Assembly: GCA_030141605.1 (NCBI GenBank)
Contig: JAQGDQ010000676.1
Span: 50,609 to 114,608, forward strand
Origin: Tubiluchus corallicola
Taxonomy: Eukaryota > Animalia > Priapulida
Direction of reading: 5' to 3'
Length of the DNA stretch: 64,000 nt
Shown here: positions 63,815 to 64,000 of the stretch, piece by piece
Position numbering within the stretch: the first letter of the stretch is position 1
Layout of the letters: the number at the start of each line of letters is the position of its first letter
The notes under the pieces: model-generated
What the model was told of the DNA's origin: nothing
Database searches by the model: none
Seen by the model: the letters and a program-made list of their open reading frames with translations, nothing else
Program-made: the position numbers and the translations under genes

Positions 63815-64000
63815 CTGAAAAAATGTTATTACAATAACTGCTATTGAACAGCCAAGAATGGAAATTGAAACTATGTGTTTCTTTCTGTGTCTCAGATTTA
63901 TATGAGTCTCTATCATTTTACACAGAAAAATTATTACCATTAACTTTGGCGAAAAAGAATTAGTGTGTGCACGTGTTTTTTATGCAAATGAGGATAAAAT

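Larger units (their letters stand above)
42520..64000. repeat. Tandem segmental duplication carrying the Ig-C1q genes
   Basis: 3' flanks ~42525-43440, ~53590-54530 and ~61010-61845 align; the intergenic block ~52270-53600 matches ~59480-61030. Last-exon spacing is 11.1 kb and 7.3 kb. Confidence 0.9.

Overview
AT-rich, intron-rich, repeat-laden DNA from an animal (invertebrate-like) genome; it is not prokaryotic, and the species cannot be fixed from sequence alone. I assembled the spliced genes by hand, checking GT-AG boundaries and phase. All lie on the minus strand: a 6-exon C6orf89/BRAP-like gene (21531->4951), an intronless OPA3-like gene, a divergent 8-exon annexin (39874->26209), and a tandem array of at least three paralogues encoding secreted Ig-domain + globular C1q proteins (43.4-64 kb; third copy cut by the window edge). 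These Ig-gC1q genes differ in Ig number and vary most in the predicted C1q loops and the N-terminal Ig, so they are the best candidate for an undescribed recognition system. Introns hold a rearranged BEL/Pao element nested in a Tigger-like MITE, a 5'-truncated RTE LINE, a solo LTR, piggyBac-like MITEs, minisatellites and a ~1 kb palindrome; hAT-like MITEs lie downstream of the first gene. Several tandem arrays are built from splice-donor junctions. Family names come from motif recognition, not database searches.
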